The notes beneath the pieces are model-generated. The model was not told the origin of the DNA, ran no database searches, and saw nothing but the letters and a program-made list of their open reading frames with translations. A stretch of DNA of 62,196 nt, filler included, from Sphacelaria rigidula (taxonomy: Eukaryota): NCBI GenBank assembly GCA_964200075.2. It is 7 parts of 7 records of this genome, joined end to end, with 100 filler letters (N's around TTAATTAATTAA, not from the genome) between each part and the next. Parts side by side here need not be neighbours in the genome. Positions count along the whole stretch, not along the records: positions 44,499 to 53,297 come from CAXNAA020010068.1; positions 53,398 to 62,196 come from CAXNAA020010069.1; 5 more parts are not named here. One strand, given 5' to 3'. Positions 49,660 through 61,179 of this stretch are shown piece after piece. How positions within the stretch are numbered: the first letter of the stretch is position 1; each line of letters opens with the position of its first letter. The translations under genes were made by a program, and so were the position numbers.

Positions 49660-49911
49660 GTACAGCACCGTTGCAGGAGTACTGTATTGTACGTTTGTTC
49701 GGCACCGTGGTTGTTTTACAGTGTGTTCAGACTCGCGTGTAGCTGTTTGGTATTCCCACATGTTCTTCACATTTTGCAACCCAGTTCAAGTGATCGGTCA
49801 ACGTCGCTTGTCTCGAGTCGGGTATGCCGTACTAACACCGAGTACTTTATTTACACCATACCAGTACAGCGTCAAAATCACCAGTCACAAGTCCGATACA
49901 CCCGTACAAAA

Positions 49912-50124
49912 CGCCGTGTTTTCAACAGACAAAAAAAAAAGTGAGCACATGCCCTGAGAGTGGTGATTCTAGCAGTCTTGCTGTTTTTTGTCTTTTCCTT
50001 CCGATTGGTTGAGAGCTGATGGGCAACCAGTTGGAAAAATAGAAGAACAAGTAAAAAAAAAAATCAGAATCACTCTCACTCTCACAGCGCGTTCTCACTT
50101 TTCTTGCCTCGTTGAAATAGGCCC
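49912..50124. mobile_element. Degenerate foldback MITE
   Basis: Inverted arms (TTTCAAC..AAAAGTGAG..TGAGAGT..TGATTCT..TGGTTG and complement). Confidence 0.55.
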
Positions 50125-51063
50125 TAATAATGTTGAGTAATAAAGCTATGAGAGTAAATGGACTAGATATACCAGTAGGGCGCTAGGTTCTGATACGGCG
50201 CAGCCATGGTGGGTGACGTAGTGCCCTGCTACTCTATCCTGGGGCCTCCACCACACAGTAAGTACCTCAGGAACAGAGAGTATACAGTTCTGACCAATCA
50301 AAATTTGTTCTCATTTAGGTTCTCGATGTAGGGCCATGTAGTGTGTGACAGTTTAAGAGACAACCAACTAGACTACTGACCAGTCAGCGTCTTAAACCGT
50401 CACAAGTACAAATCCTATCTTCACCGTCACGAACCACCCGGGGTCTGGGGCAATACCTTTCGCGCTACCTACGTGTCCGTGTCCAAGTTCACTTCGTGCA
50501 CGTTTGCGGAAGTGCGACACGGCACTACCAGAAGATATGGTAGCTAGTGCCACGCCAAGTAGCACATCATCACGTACATCCGACAGCATCAAGTATATGC
50601 ATCATGCCACCAGTATGCAGCTTCAAAGGCATTAGTCAAAACTTCGGCTGTAAGACGGCGTAAAATAACCAAGAGCTAGATTCCGTGACGCATTCTGTGC
50701 GTGAGTGTCTTGGGCGCGCCGTTGTGAGCCCGGCACCTTCGATACGGCACTGACTACTACTGTGCTGTGTCTGGTTGAGCGAAATTATTCGGGGATATTG
50801 CAAGAAGTGCGACCGATTATTGTAGCAGCGACGAAGAACTGGTGCACGAAAATGCTCGATCTCGCTGCGTTAATTCTGCGTTTATCTCAGGCCTCAGAGC
50901 CCACACTGGGGTGGAGCACTACGTCGCTCGCCATGGCCGCGCTATACCGGGACCTCGCACTATTATAGTGGTGAAATAGCGCAATATTCTGATAATATAT
51001 ACTGTCGGTCTCCCCGGTGGCTCAGTTGGTAACCTCGATACCGTCTGACGATTGGGTCGTGGG

Positions 51064-51292
51064 TGTGATGCGTGAGAGGACCGCGTGCTTAGAGGATCGC
51101 ATCGGAATGTGAACATCCTCATGGTTAGGGTTAGGGTTAGGGTTAGGGTTAGGGTTAGGGTTAGGGTTAGTGTTATGGTCAGGGACGTGGTACCTGCAGG
51201 GACTGGCCCGATTGGTTTTGAAAAACATCGATCCTGCGGTGTTTTGAACTACGGCGCGGTCCGCTAATCACGCGGTCCTCTCACGCATTACA
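51064..51292. mobile_element. TGT...ACA MITE (Ginger-like) carrying (TTAGGG)7 plus 3 degenerate units
   Basis: Same family as 45231-45441, opposite orientation; 5-bp TSD GTGGG (51059-51063 and 51293-51297); telomeric array at 51125-51184. Confidence 0.92.
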
Positions 51293-51550
51293 GTGGGTTC
51301 AAATCTCGGAGTGAACTGGGATTTTTGCTTACACAATGCCCAACGATGGGGAGCGATTATGTCGGGGGTACACTGAATTCGACTTGATGGTTGACGAGGG
51401 AAAGGGACTGCTGACCCCCTCTCGCGATATAAAATAAAGGCAAGCACCGCAGAGGGGAGGTGGAGAACTAGAATAAACCAAAAGGAAAATGCTCCTGTGT
51501 TGGCCTTCTTCCTGTCGAACCCCAGCTAGCTGGTGCGCCCACAAAATATA

Positions 51551-51903
51551 CACACGCGGCCATTTGGCTACCCCCCAAAATGCCTCCGGAGGGATGCGTG
51601 GCCCTCCGGAGGCGAAACAAGCCTTCGGAAGACTTCAACCCCTCTGGAGGAAATCAACCACTATCGACCTGGAGGGCCGCGCACCCCTCCGTAGGAATTT
51701 CGGGGTAGCGAAATGCCTTCGGAGAGATGGGCAGCCCTACAGAGGCAAAAACAAGCCTCCGGAGGCGTTTAATCCCTGTGGAGGAAACCAAAACACATCA
51801 TCTGGGGGGTCGCGCACCCCTCCGGGAGCGTTTAATTTCTCTGGAGGCTCGACAAGTTGACCGACCTGAAGGAATTGGGAGGGTGGCCAAATGGCCGCGT
51901 GTG
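51551..51903. mobile_element. Tc1/mariner-type MITE (TA TSD) inside SINE
   Basis: TIR CACACGCGGCCATTTGGC / GCCAAATGGCCGCGTGTG with TA on both sides; internal CCTCCGGAGG palindromes; the empty site is visible in the SINE near 60695-60706. Confidence 0.88.
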
Positions 51904-51945
51904 TATCGAAAGGTGTGGACTGGAGTCCAGAATTGATGGGGCGAC

Positions 51946-51979
<34 letters not shown>

Positions 51980-52011
51980 TATTTACTCCCTATTTTGCAA
52001 TGTATGATGTA

Positions 52012-52650
52012 GCCGGTCGCCCCGTCGGCTCAGTTGGTAACCTCGAAGCCTTCCGACGGTTGGGTTCGCATCTGGGTGTAGTCACATGACCCGTTTTTTT
52101 TCCCTCACACCATGCATGCCCAACCGTGGAGTGTGATGCTACGGAAGGGGTGGTGCATAAATATTTTCCGAGGTTAGAATTGCTAGGAACCCTTTATCTC
52201 ATCCAGAACACGACTTACGGAATATGTGAGTACGACGGGATTACTGTTCCAATGTGCTAGGGATATCCCGAGTGGAATTGCAAACTGGGATGCCCTGACC
52301 CATATTCTTGCGCACCTAGAATCGTAAGGAGCCCCTGAACCAGACAACACCTTGCGCCAAAAGTGCACCCCTACCGTAGCAGTGCTCCAGAGAGCAACTA
52401 CGTCGCGTGGGTACACCAGATTCGACTTCACGGTCGACGAGGGAAAGGGATTGCTAAATCCCTCTCGCGATAAAAAATAGGCACGCAGCGCGGGAGGAAG
52501 GTGGAGTACCAACACAAAATAAATCAGAGAAGTTGGCCTTCCTATGTGACACCGGCTGATGCGCCCACGTACAAAAAAGCCGAAAGATAGAGACTCAGTA
52601 GACTGCATGGCGTAAAGAATAGATGGGATGACAAAATACCAAACACACAC
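52012..52650 (+). mobile_element. tRNA-derived SINE interrupted by a family-D MITE (52129-52387)
   Basis: GCCGGTCGCCCC..GGCTCAGTTGG head; body and CA-rich tail homologous to the other two copies. Confidence 0.8.
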
Positions 52651-52740
52651 ATAATAATGTGAGATACGCCTTTGCTCTGAAAAACTTTGTGCCATTTCAC
52701 CGTCCTTTTCATTTCTTCCACACAAACAAGCGAGAGCTAC

Positions 52741-52920
52741 GGCGTGTCTTTCACACTATTTTTCGATGGAAAATATGCGGTGGGAAGGGAAATCTCGATC
52801 TGATAGGTGGTGATTTCAACTGTCGTCATTTGTGTTGAAACCACGACTCATCAGATCGAGATCTTTGGTTTTCCACCGCACGGTTCCGATCGAAAAATGA
52901 AATATTTGCGAAGACACGCC
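52741..52920. mobile_element. 180-bp foldback MITE
   Basis: Ends GGCGTGTCTT / AAGACACGCC; arms pair along most of the length; CTA/TTA-like flanks. Confidence 0.75.
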
Positions 52921-53297
52921 CTTAGATATGTTCCTTCTGTAAACAATAGTATACAGCAGACTACATGCCCCGCCTCCCTACTACCGGGATCAGTAGTTTA
53001 GCTCTTTTTTCGTGTCTATTATTAGTGCTGAGAAAATTCTCAACCAGCTTTCTTCGAGAGCTATTCATCAGATGAGGGTCTCTGCCGAACCATTTTTCGT
53101 TCGTCAAAGTCTTGCGATCGCAATGAAATATGCACGGCATATAAGACCATCTTTCATGGCAATCAGTCTCGATTTGTACGAATATGAGGATTTCAGCCCA
53201 TCTACAGACGATTTCGTCCCGTGGATTGATTTTTCCAAGGCTCCTCTCGGGAATATTCCCGTGATACCGCGGTATTTTTTTTAAATCGACATACTGG

Positions 53298-53397
53298 NNN
53301 NNNNNNNNNNNNNNNNNNNNNNNNNNNNNNNNNNNNNNNNNTTAATTAATTAANNNNNNNNNNNNNNNNNNNNNNNNNNNNNNNNNNNNNNNNNNNN
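53298..53397. other. Artificial contig linker
   Basis: N44-TTAATTAATTAA-N44. Confidence 0.98.
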
Positions 53398-53472
53398 GGA
53401 AAGGGATGCGTGGTCAATGGTCAAACGACTAAGGCAAGCAACAAATGAGTACGCCCCCCCCCCTCCCCCTCC
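53398..53472 (+). mobile_element. LINE 3' end (cut by the contig edge)
   Basis: Near-identical to 58310-58375 (AAAGGGATGCG..GGTCAAT..TCAAACGACTAAGGC..GCAACAAATGAGTACGCC), followed by a C-rich tract. Confidence 0.8.
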
Positions 53473-53874
53473 TTTTTCATTCGCAAAAACCAGGAATTGG
53501 ACAACATACCGTGGCGGCGATGGCAGCGGCGGCGGCGCGGCGGCAGCGAGCACACCTAGATAGATATGACACTATTATTTCCACGGCAAGGTCATAATTT
53601 GCGGGCCGACCTTTGAGAACACGGTTTGCAATGCTTGGTTCCCGTCCTGTTCAACGCTAACCGTGCTTCTTGGTATGTTTTGAATGAGGAAATACACACA
53701 AGCAGCTACAGGCGTTGCGCCAATCTTGTTCCACCAGGAAACCGTCGTTTATGATAAACTTTGTAGGGCTGCCAGGGCACCTGGATGCGACGAGGTGTTC
53801 GCCAGCGGAGCGCCGAGCTTGCGAAAGAGAGAACGGGGTACAGTCTTGCATGATCGCTCGACCCCCGTCTGGTG

Positions 53875-54970
53875 CACGGATTTTCATCTTGGATCTGGCT
53901 ATTCATTCTGGGATATCCATCTCGGATATGGACATCCTGCCTGGCATATCTATCCAAGACATCCATGTGGGACGTTCACCTGAGATCTGGCTATCCATCT
54001 GAGATATTTATCTAGGATATGGAAATGCTCTCCACGGTATCCCGGATAAATCTTATCTAGGGTATTCAGGTAGGGTTCCCCGTCCACATGTGATATCTAC
54101 CCGGGATCTCACGTATTTCTGGGATGCCCATCTGGAAGGTTCATTAGGGAGGCCCTCGATCCGGATGGGTGTCCATTAGGGATCTCCATCTGGGGTGTCA
54201 GGTCGACCTGGGGTATCCATCTTGGTGAGGTACCGGCGTCTACTTGGGATATCTCAACGAAATCGTTCTCGTGGATCTCAAGTTTATCATCCAGATCCAC
54301 GCATGAATACTCCGGTAAGCCACAAAAAATACTCGGGGATTGTGATTCGCCGACTTGGTGAAACGTTGAAATACTTCTGCGATACTCGGACAGGAGGTAT
54401 CTTTCATGGCGCGAGGCCTCCTGACCCCCCCCTCTGAAGTAATCCCACTTCGAGCTAGTACTCATTATGTATTTCACCGGACATCAGGCGTGAGACCTTG
54501 TCATAGCGGGGGGAAAAGGCAAACCGAGGCTCCTGTGTAAATCTTTGAAAAGGGATCACACCTTGATCCGCATGGGCATCCATACTACACCTTGTGTTCC
54601 GCAGTATGTGCAATGTACCAGAAGGGATGTCCCAGACGGATAAACATATCGCAGGTGGGCGTCTAACTGGGATGTTCTGGGTTAAGATTGACAGTCCAAA
54701 CGGATTTGACATCCCGGATGGATCTGGCATCCCAGAAGGATGTCTCAGATTCATATTCATATTCGTAACTCGAGGTTGCATCCGTCTGAGATGTGCAAGA
54801 TTTAAATAGACATCGCTGTCGGGTCTGACACCCCAAACGAGCATCTCAAACGGAGGTCCTAGATAAATACCCATATCCCACATGACATTCCAGAGAAGAT
54901 AGCCATATCCGGAATGATATCCCGGATAGATGTCACAGATGGATATTATAAATCTCGCTTGGATGTCCCG
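53875..54970. repeat. GGATATCC/CATCTGGGAT-rich degenerate repeat region
   Basis: Dense variants of CATCTGGGATATC on the left and the complement ATCCCAGATG on the right; similar block at 61180-61910. Confidence 0.65.
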
Positions 54971-54971
54971 A

Positions 54972-55569
54972 GTAGGGTTGCACATTTGTGCCCAGATCAT
55001 TCTCATTTTGAGGCTCCTACAAACAGCCGATCATCGAAATTGAGCATGGAGCTTTCCATCGAGGATGAGAACCCGGAGGATTAAAATCTTCGTATCCACA
55101 CCAAATCTTCGAAGTATTGTTCCATTCCTTCACCTACTGGTAGCTGCTGACAACTACTACACGCCCTACAAATTTGGATTTCGATTGTCGAAGTCCAATT
55201 TTCTATATCGAAATCCAATTTTTCATGACGTGTAGTACTTGTCAATAGTTACCAGCAGGTGAAGGAATGGAACCATATTTCGGAGATTTGGTGTGGATAC
55301 GAAAATTTTAATCCTCCGGGTTTTCATCCTCAATAAAAAGCTCCGTCCTCAATTTCGATGATCGTCTGTTTACAAGTAGGAGGTACACAAAATATGGGTT
55401 CAGGAAGTTCCCGTGTCAAAACCCATTCGAGCCATCTCTGGCCCATTGGGGTGCTAATCGTGGCGTGCTTTCATATTTTGCATGAGCCCTTTTTCTGGAT
55501 GAGATAAAGGGCTCCTACCAACTCAAACCTCAAAAAATATTTTGTGCACCCCTACCGTGGCATTACTCT
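54972..55569. mobile_element. Family-D MITE with a nested family-F foldback (55021-55371)
   Basis: D ends GTAGGGTTGCAC / GTGCACCCCTACCGTGG; internal 350-bp palindrome homologous to 14982-15416. Confidence 0.75.
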
Positions 55570-56374
55570 CCTAGACATATGTATCCCACGTGGAGGTCAC
55601 ACGATAAGGCAGGCCTCGCGGCGGGGAGGAAGGGAGGAGGGCACAGACCTCTGGGTAAGAAAGCCTGAGCTTACCCTACACCAGCTTGCCAGGAAGGGAA
55701 CACGTGCCCTCAACTTAATGATAAATCCACTGTTTTAGACGAGGGTTCTGACCCCCCGGACCTTCCTTGATCAACGCGTCGCGTCGTTCACTATTCTGTC
55801 CGACGAGAAAACGTTTGACGTGATTGGTGTCATTCTGTCAGATTACGATTCGTCGGCAATGAAGGTTCAACTGGTGGATGATATCGCACTTGAAGCAAAC
55901 AAACTTGAGTTAAACGGTGGCTAGCAGTCGCTTTCAATCATGGGCTCAATGATCGGATTTCGGCTAGAAAAAGGTGACTGATGGTAGAGGGATATTTCCC
56001 GAATGAATATGTGCACGTTTAGTTGGCTCTAGGATCGAAGATATCGTCATCTCTTCGGTGAAAGTAGCCCAAAACAAAACTATCATCAGTAAAAAACACG
56101 AAGTTCCCGATAAAAGATAGCCGTGTGTATTCCTCTGCTTTTACAGTTATATCTCTTCCACAGGAATTTCACGGGAACACCTTGACAATGCTGTTCTCGC
56201 AAGGGATAAACATGTACCACAATCCACAGCCGAAACTGACGATGGAAACGTCTATGAACCATATAAGTGGGAGGGCGAGGGCATTTGAGGGTTATTCACA
56301 GCGCAAGCTTCTAAGAGTATCCTCACATTAAGTCAAGTAATGGGAAAGCATATTTCACTCACCCTCCCCGCCCC

Positions 56375-58380
56375 TCCGAGCAAGCGGGATTTAGACCCAA
56401 CCCTAGGTGCATAGACCGTGTCTACACATGAGGTAAGATTGTTCAAAGTAGGAAAGATGCCGGGCTGACAACGTACTGTTTGGTTCATGACGTACACGAG
56501 GTCCATGGCACAGTATGGAGGAATGTGCTGTGGAGATGCGGCAATCTGGGATCAGAGGGAAAATGTGGAGAATAGTGAAAACGATGACAGGATGTGCGAG
56601 AGCCATGGTGCTAGAGGGGGAAATATTAAAATGTGTCGATATTTCGCAAGGAGTTGCGCAAAGATTTACATCATCACCCGCTTAATTCAACGGAACAGTT
56701 AATGTCATGATACTGCAGCAAGTCAAGGAATCAAGCTGGGGGGTAATACGGTATCAGGATTGATATTCGCGAGTGCGTTCGTGGCGATATCAGAAACACC
56801 AGGAGGATTGCAGAAATAAATAGAGAAGGCGCTAGATTACAATGGGAAACGGAGATTGACACCGAACGTAAACAAATGTGCGGTCGTTGTACGTAACGGA
56901 GACAAGGTGAACCCGGTACAGTTTGAATGCAAGTGGGGAGACGAGGAATCGCCGATCGTAGATCAGTATACATTCCTTGGCAAAGAGAACACGAAAAACT
57001 GAGTGATACTACGGTAGGGGTGCACAAATACTCTCCGAGGTTTGAAATTTAGGAGCCCTGAATCTCATCCAACGGCCAACGTACAGAATATGAGAGAACG
57101 CAAAGATATACATTCCAGTGGATTGGGGGTATGACGGATGTCTTTGCAAACGGGAATGTCCTGACCCATACTCTTACGTTGCTCCTAACTTTAGGAGCCC
57201 CTGAGTGATCTGGGCCTACTGTGTAACCCCTACCGTAGGATGGGTCAATAGTTCTTGGGATACACACATAGATAAAGCAACAGGAAAGGGTGAGGCGCAG
57301 ATAGGCAAGCTGGACGTGATCCTCAGAAACTCGTGCCTAGGTACTAGCTTTAATAGATGTATTCCGGCGAATGTTACTGCATCAAAGCTGAAATATGCAG
57401 GAGAGATATGAGAAGGGAACGCGAAATTGGTGGAAAAGTTAGAAACAATACAGATGATAGCAGCTACGAAAATACTTGGATGCTCGAAAGACGTCGAGTA
57501 ATACGGTAGTGAGAGCAGAATGGGGAAATGCACCCACTTAAAGCAAACATAAACATGAGAACATTGAAAGGGCAATATGGCGTGAAGGATATGCAAAGAA
57601 AAACGTTCCCAGCCATCGTTGATAGGGCTGTATGGAAGAAAAGGACGAAAGGGCAGGCTGGAATAAGGTAGGGTCGTAAAGTCGAGGAAGTATAAAAGGA
57701 GGTAGGAGGAAACCAAGACGAAATACTGTCCATAGGTGAATGGGGGGGGGGACGAGAAAAAAGTGAAAGGCGTGATAGAAGTAAGGGGAAAAGGGGCGCT
57801 GAGAAGCAAAGTAGACAAGGAAGAACACCTGAAGATATACGGGGCGTTGAGAGAGGGGGTAGGAACGAAAAAGTACCTGTATGGCCCAATAGACTCCTTG
57901 AAAAAATTAAAACGGCGATTTCGGGTGGGGGACCTGGACCCGCCAGAAAGGAGAAAGCGGGATTCCAGTAGTCGAGAGGAGGAGGAAGTAGATGCACAGA
58001 ATTGCCCCTGTGGCAAAGCAATAGAGAGCAGAAGTCATATAATGGTAGAATGTGAACTACACAGGGAGGAACGAGGCATGATAGAGGGGTAAACGCGGGA
58101 CGTGAACCGAGGTGGCATGAATTCGTTTCGTACATTGGACAGGAGTGAGAACACGATCGCTATACTAGGAGATAGGCGGTGGCCACAGACAGCGAAACAG
58201 GCCGGGGATAAGATATGCAAAAGGTTTTTGTGTAATGTATGGAAGAAAAACAATGAGCGCCGGAATGTTGGAGGTGTCTCTATTAGGAGTAGGAACGGTG
58301 CTCCGTCTCGAAAGGGATGCGCGGTCAATAGTCAAACGACTAAGGCCAGCAACAAATGAGTACGCCTCCCCCCTCGCCCC
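56375..58380 (+). mobile_element. 5'-truncated, decayed LINE (RT domain to 3' end), interrupted by a family-D MITE at 57001-57238
   Basis: EQAGFRPN..CIDRVYT..; TVWRNVLW; GIRGKMWR; QGVAQ..SP; GLIFASAFV (degenerate FADD); YTFLG; SWDTHI; KILGC; CPCG..IESRSHIMVEC. Many stops. Confidence 0.9.
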
Positions 58381-60390
58381 CGTCGCCCTCTCGCGTATAC
58401 TGACACACCACCGGCATTTCGAGGATCTATAGCCGGTATTTCTTCCAAAAGACGGGTGTCCCTGACCTCCCTTGCACGACAACCAAGTAAGGTGCTAAAC
58501 CAAAGCAACTGCCAGGGAAACACAACAAAAGCCCACAGCAGTACCTGCTGTACCCCGTTGCCGATCTGCAGAGGATCCTTCTCCCAGAAAAATGCCACAC
58601 GAAGGACACGCCTCGTTCCCCGAACAACGCCCGGAGCGTTCGCGGCTGCAAACGCGGCGTGCGATGAAGGGGTGTTCGTGGATTTGACCCGGCCTTTGGC
58701 ATTTTTTGCGGTAGCGGCGTTGGTGCTGGCGCTGAGTGTGTGGCTCGTTGCGGTCCGCTTTGATCGTATCTTTACAACTGCCACCAAGACGTCGTTGAAG
58801 CCTAGCTCGTCGCGATAGTCCTGCCGTGTGGTCCATCGTTTCGATTTGTATGGTTCATAATCTATGAAGGGAAAGTGGTGCACGGGGAATTTGATATGGC
58901 TTGTGACGAAGCTTGAGCAAACAGGGGTCATGCATGAAAATGCACAGAGCGTAGGTGCCACGAAAAACTCAAGAACAAAGAGGCTACTCTGAGTGATGTA
59001 TGATGAATATTTTTACTTATATATGTAGACGATACTACGAGACTTCAGAACAGCAGCTTGAACTGTTGTTGCCAGGGTGTAGTAGTGAAGAGTGGGTGCT
59101 TTCGTCAAGGGCAGAGTTGCTCCTACCCCCATTTTGAGCAACTCAGCGCTAATTAACCAGCTTCGTGGTGACTTCTTCTCTACTTGGCTCACTGCCGTTG
59201 ACGCCGGTGGCCAGTCAATCTGTTTTTCATGGAGTATACCGTACGTGAAGCCTAGCAACGGACGCAACTACTTCAAACATCCAAAAGTTCCATTACACAT
59301 CGTCACAATGGTTGCTACTCTCTACAACTCACGGACCCTGGGGATACAGTTGAAAAAACTCCTGAACTCTCTCTCGACCCCTTCTGCTATCTCCGCATGC
59401 GCCGCGTCTGCCGCCGTCGCCGCCTCTCTCTCCGCCGCCAGAGCCGCCGCGAGCGAGCCACTATCCATGGAGGTGTTCGTGGGTGACGATGCCCTGGAGG
59501 AGCGAAAAGCAAGCGCCAGTAGGACAGACTACGTTTGCAAGACAACGGCCTGCAAGAGTAAGGTGCCGTTGTCAACTGTACAGACTGTATTGGCGAGCCG
59601 ACCATCCAGGGGGGCAAGGTGCCATCATCAGTCGAGCATGTGGTGTGACCAATCAAATTGATGTACTTGTCATTACTTTCTGTCTGTGTAGGGATTGTGC
59701 TTTGGAACGCATTTCGTTATTTTCTCAGGATTCTATGAATCAGTTGACCCAGGTTTTTCTCCGAGTGTTTGGTTTTCCGGATTTTGACCAATAGCGCGGT
59801 GAAACTGTCTAACGTCCAGAGCACAAGGTGAGGAGCCTTTCGATAAAATCGAAAAACTGCGGGCAAAAACGACTGTTTCGGGACCGCAGACTCAAAATCA
59901 CGAAGCCACAAATTTCAACACATCATTTGGTGTATGATACCATGTAGGAAACCGTTGGTTAGATCCACTCTAGGTGCTACTGAGAACTGTCGGGTTTGCA
60001 AATCCTGTTCAATTAGCAAACCGCCACGCCCCCGTATTGAAGTCAAACCATATAACCTCGGCCAGTTTGTGCGGAGTAGCTGGTTTGAATCCTGACAGAA
60101 GAAGTTTACTTCACTGGCGGCGTCGTAGGAAGCGTGGGAGCGCGACTTTACACAAAAAATAAATGATGACAGTCGTCGGCTGCGGGTATCCAGTTGCCCC
60201 TTCATATGGTCGCAAGGTAGTAGCCGGGGGTTGAATAGGCCGATCACTCGAGATGTGGACTCGTCCCTAAGAAGGGGGGGGGATTGAAAGCATGAAAAAA
60301 CAGGAAAATAATTTTGTACCACACAGACAAGTAATGGAAATATGAGTACTGCTCCCTGTACTGTTCCCTGATAATGCGGAGCATAGTCTA

Positions 60391-60761
60391 GCCGGTCGCC
60401 CCGGTGACTCAGTCGGTATCCTCGAAACCCCTATGACGGTTGGGTCGTGGGTTCGAGTCTCGCAGCCATCCGGGATTTTTCTCACACAATGCCCAACAGC
60501 GGGGAGCGACCATGTCGCGGGTACACAAAAATCGACCTATTGGTTGGCGAGGAAAACGGATTGCAGAAGCCGTCTTTTCGCGATAAAAAAGAAAGGGAAG
60601 CACCGCAGAAGGAAGGTGGAGCACTGAAACAAAACAAAAAAGGAAAAACTCCTGTGTCGACCTTCCTTCTGTGTGACCCCGGCTGGTGTGCCCACATATA
60701 CCGAAAGGTGTAGACCGGCGTCCAGAATAGATGGGACGAAAACACAACAGCACACAGCACA
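60391..60761 (+). mobile_element. Uninterrupted tRNA-derived SINE (about 370 bp)
   Basis: A box TGACTCAGTCGG, B box GGTTCGAGTC, CA-rich tail; possible TSD CATAGTC/CATGGTC. Confidence 0.88.
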
Positions 60762-61179
60762 TGGTCCCCCTCACTGTTGGGACCCTAGAATCGGGTCTTT
60801 TCGAAAAACACGGCTTTTCTGACACTGAGACTTACTTCTCAGCAGTTTCTCGTCAAGGTCGTTGAATCAAAAAGTCTTTCGGGATCGCATAGTCTTGGTT
60901 GACGAGAAAATTGAGACGATAATTGCGTCACCCCGGGATACTATCCTTCCGTAATACATGGTGCTGAATGTGGCATTTCGAGTTGTACGCGGCCATACCC
61001 AGAGCAGAGTGCGCGTCAGTGAATTTGTGTACATATTTCCATTGACGCACGTGTTTGGTGTGAAATTCTCGCGATTTGTCCGTGATTAACACCAGAACGT
61101 ATTCGATATGTACGCACGCTTTTTATTACGAGCAAGGCCTAGACACGTTTTTGCATCATCGTGCAGCCTCCACCCGAGG

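Larger units (their letters stand above)
51005..51976 (+). mobile_element. tRNA-derived SINE interrupted by two MITEs
   Basis: A box TGGCTCAGTTGG, B box GGTTCAAATC; body collinear with 60391-60761; (CA)n tail. Confidence 0.85.

Noticed and set aside
51125-51184. True telomere or chromosome-fusion scar
   Set aside because: Only about 60 bp and enclosed in a TIR element with a TSD.
60391-60465. tRNA genes (also 51005, 52012, about 48270-48355 minus, about 34930-34997 minus)
   Set aside because: A and B boxes are present but there is no proper acceptor stem or cloverleaf. Three continue into a shared SINE body; the others are degenerate heads.
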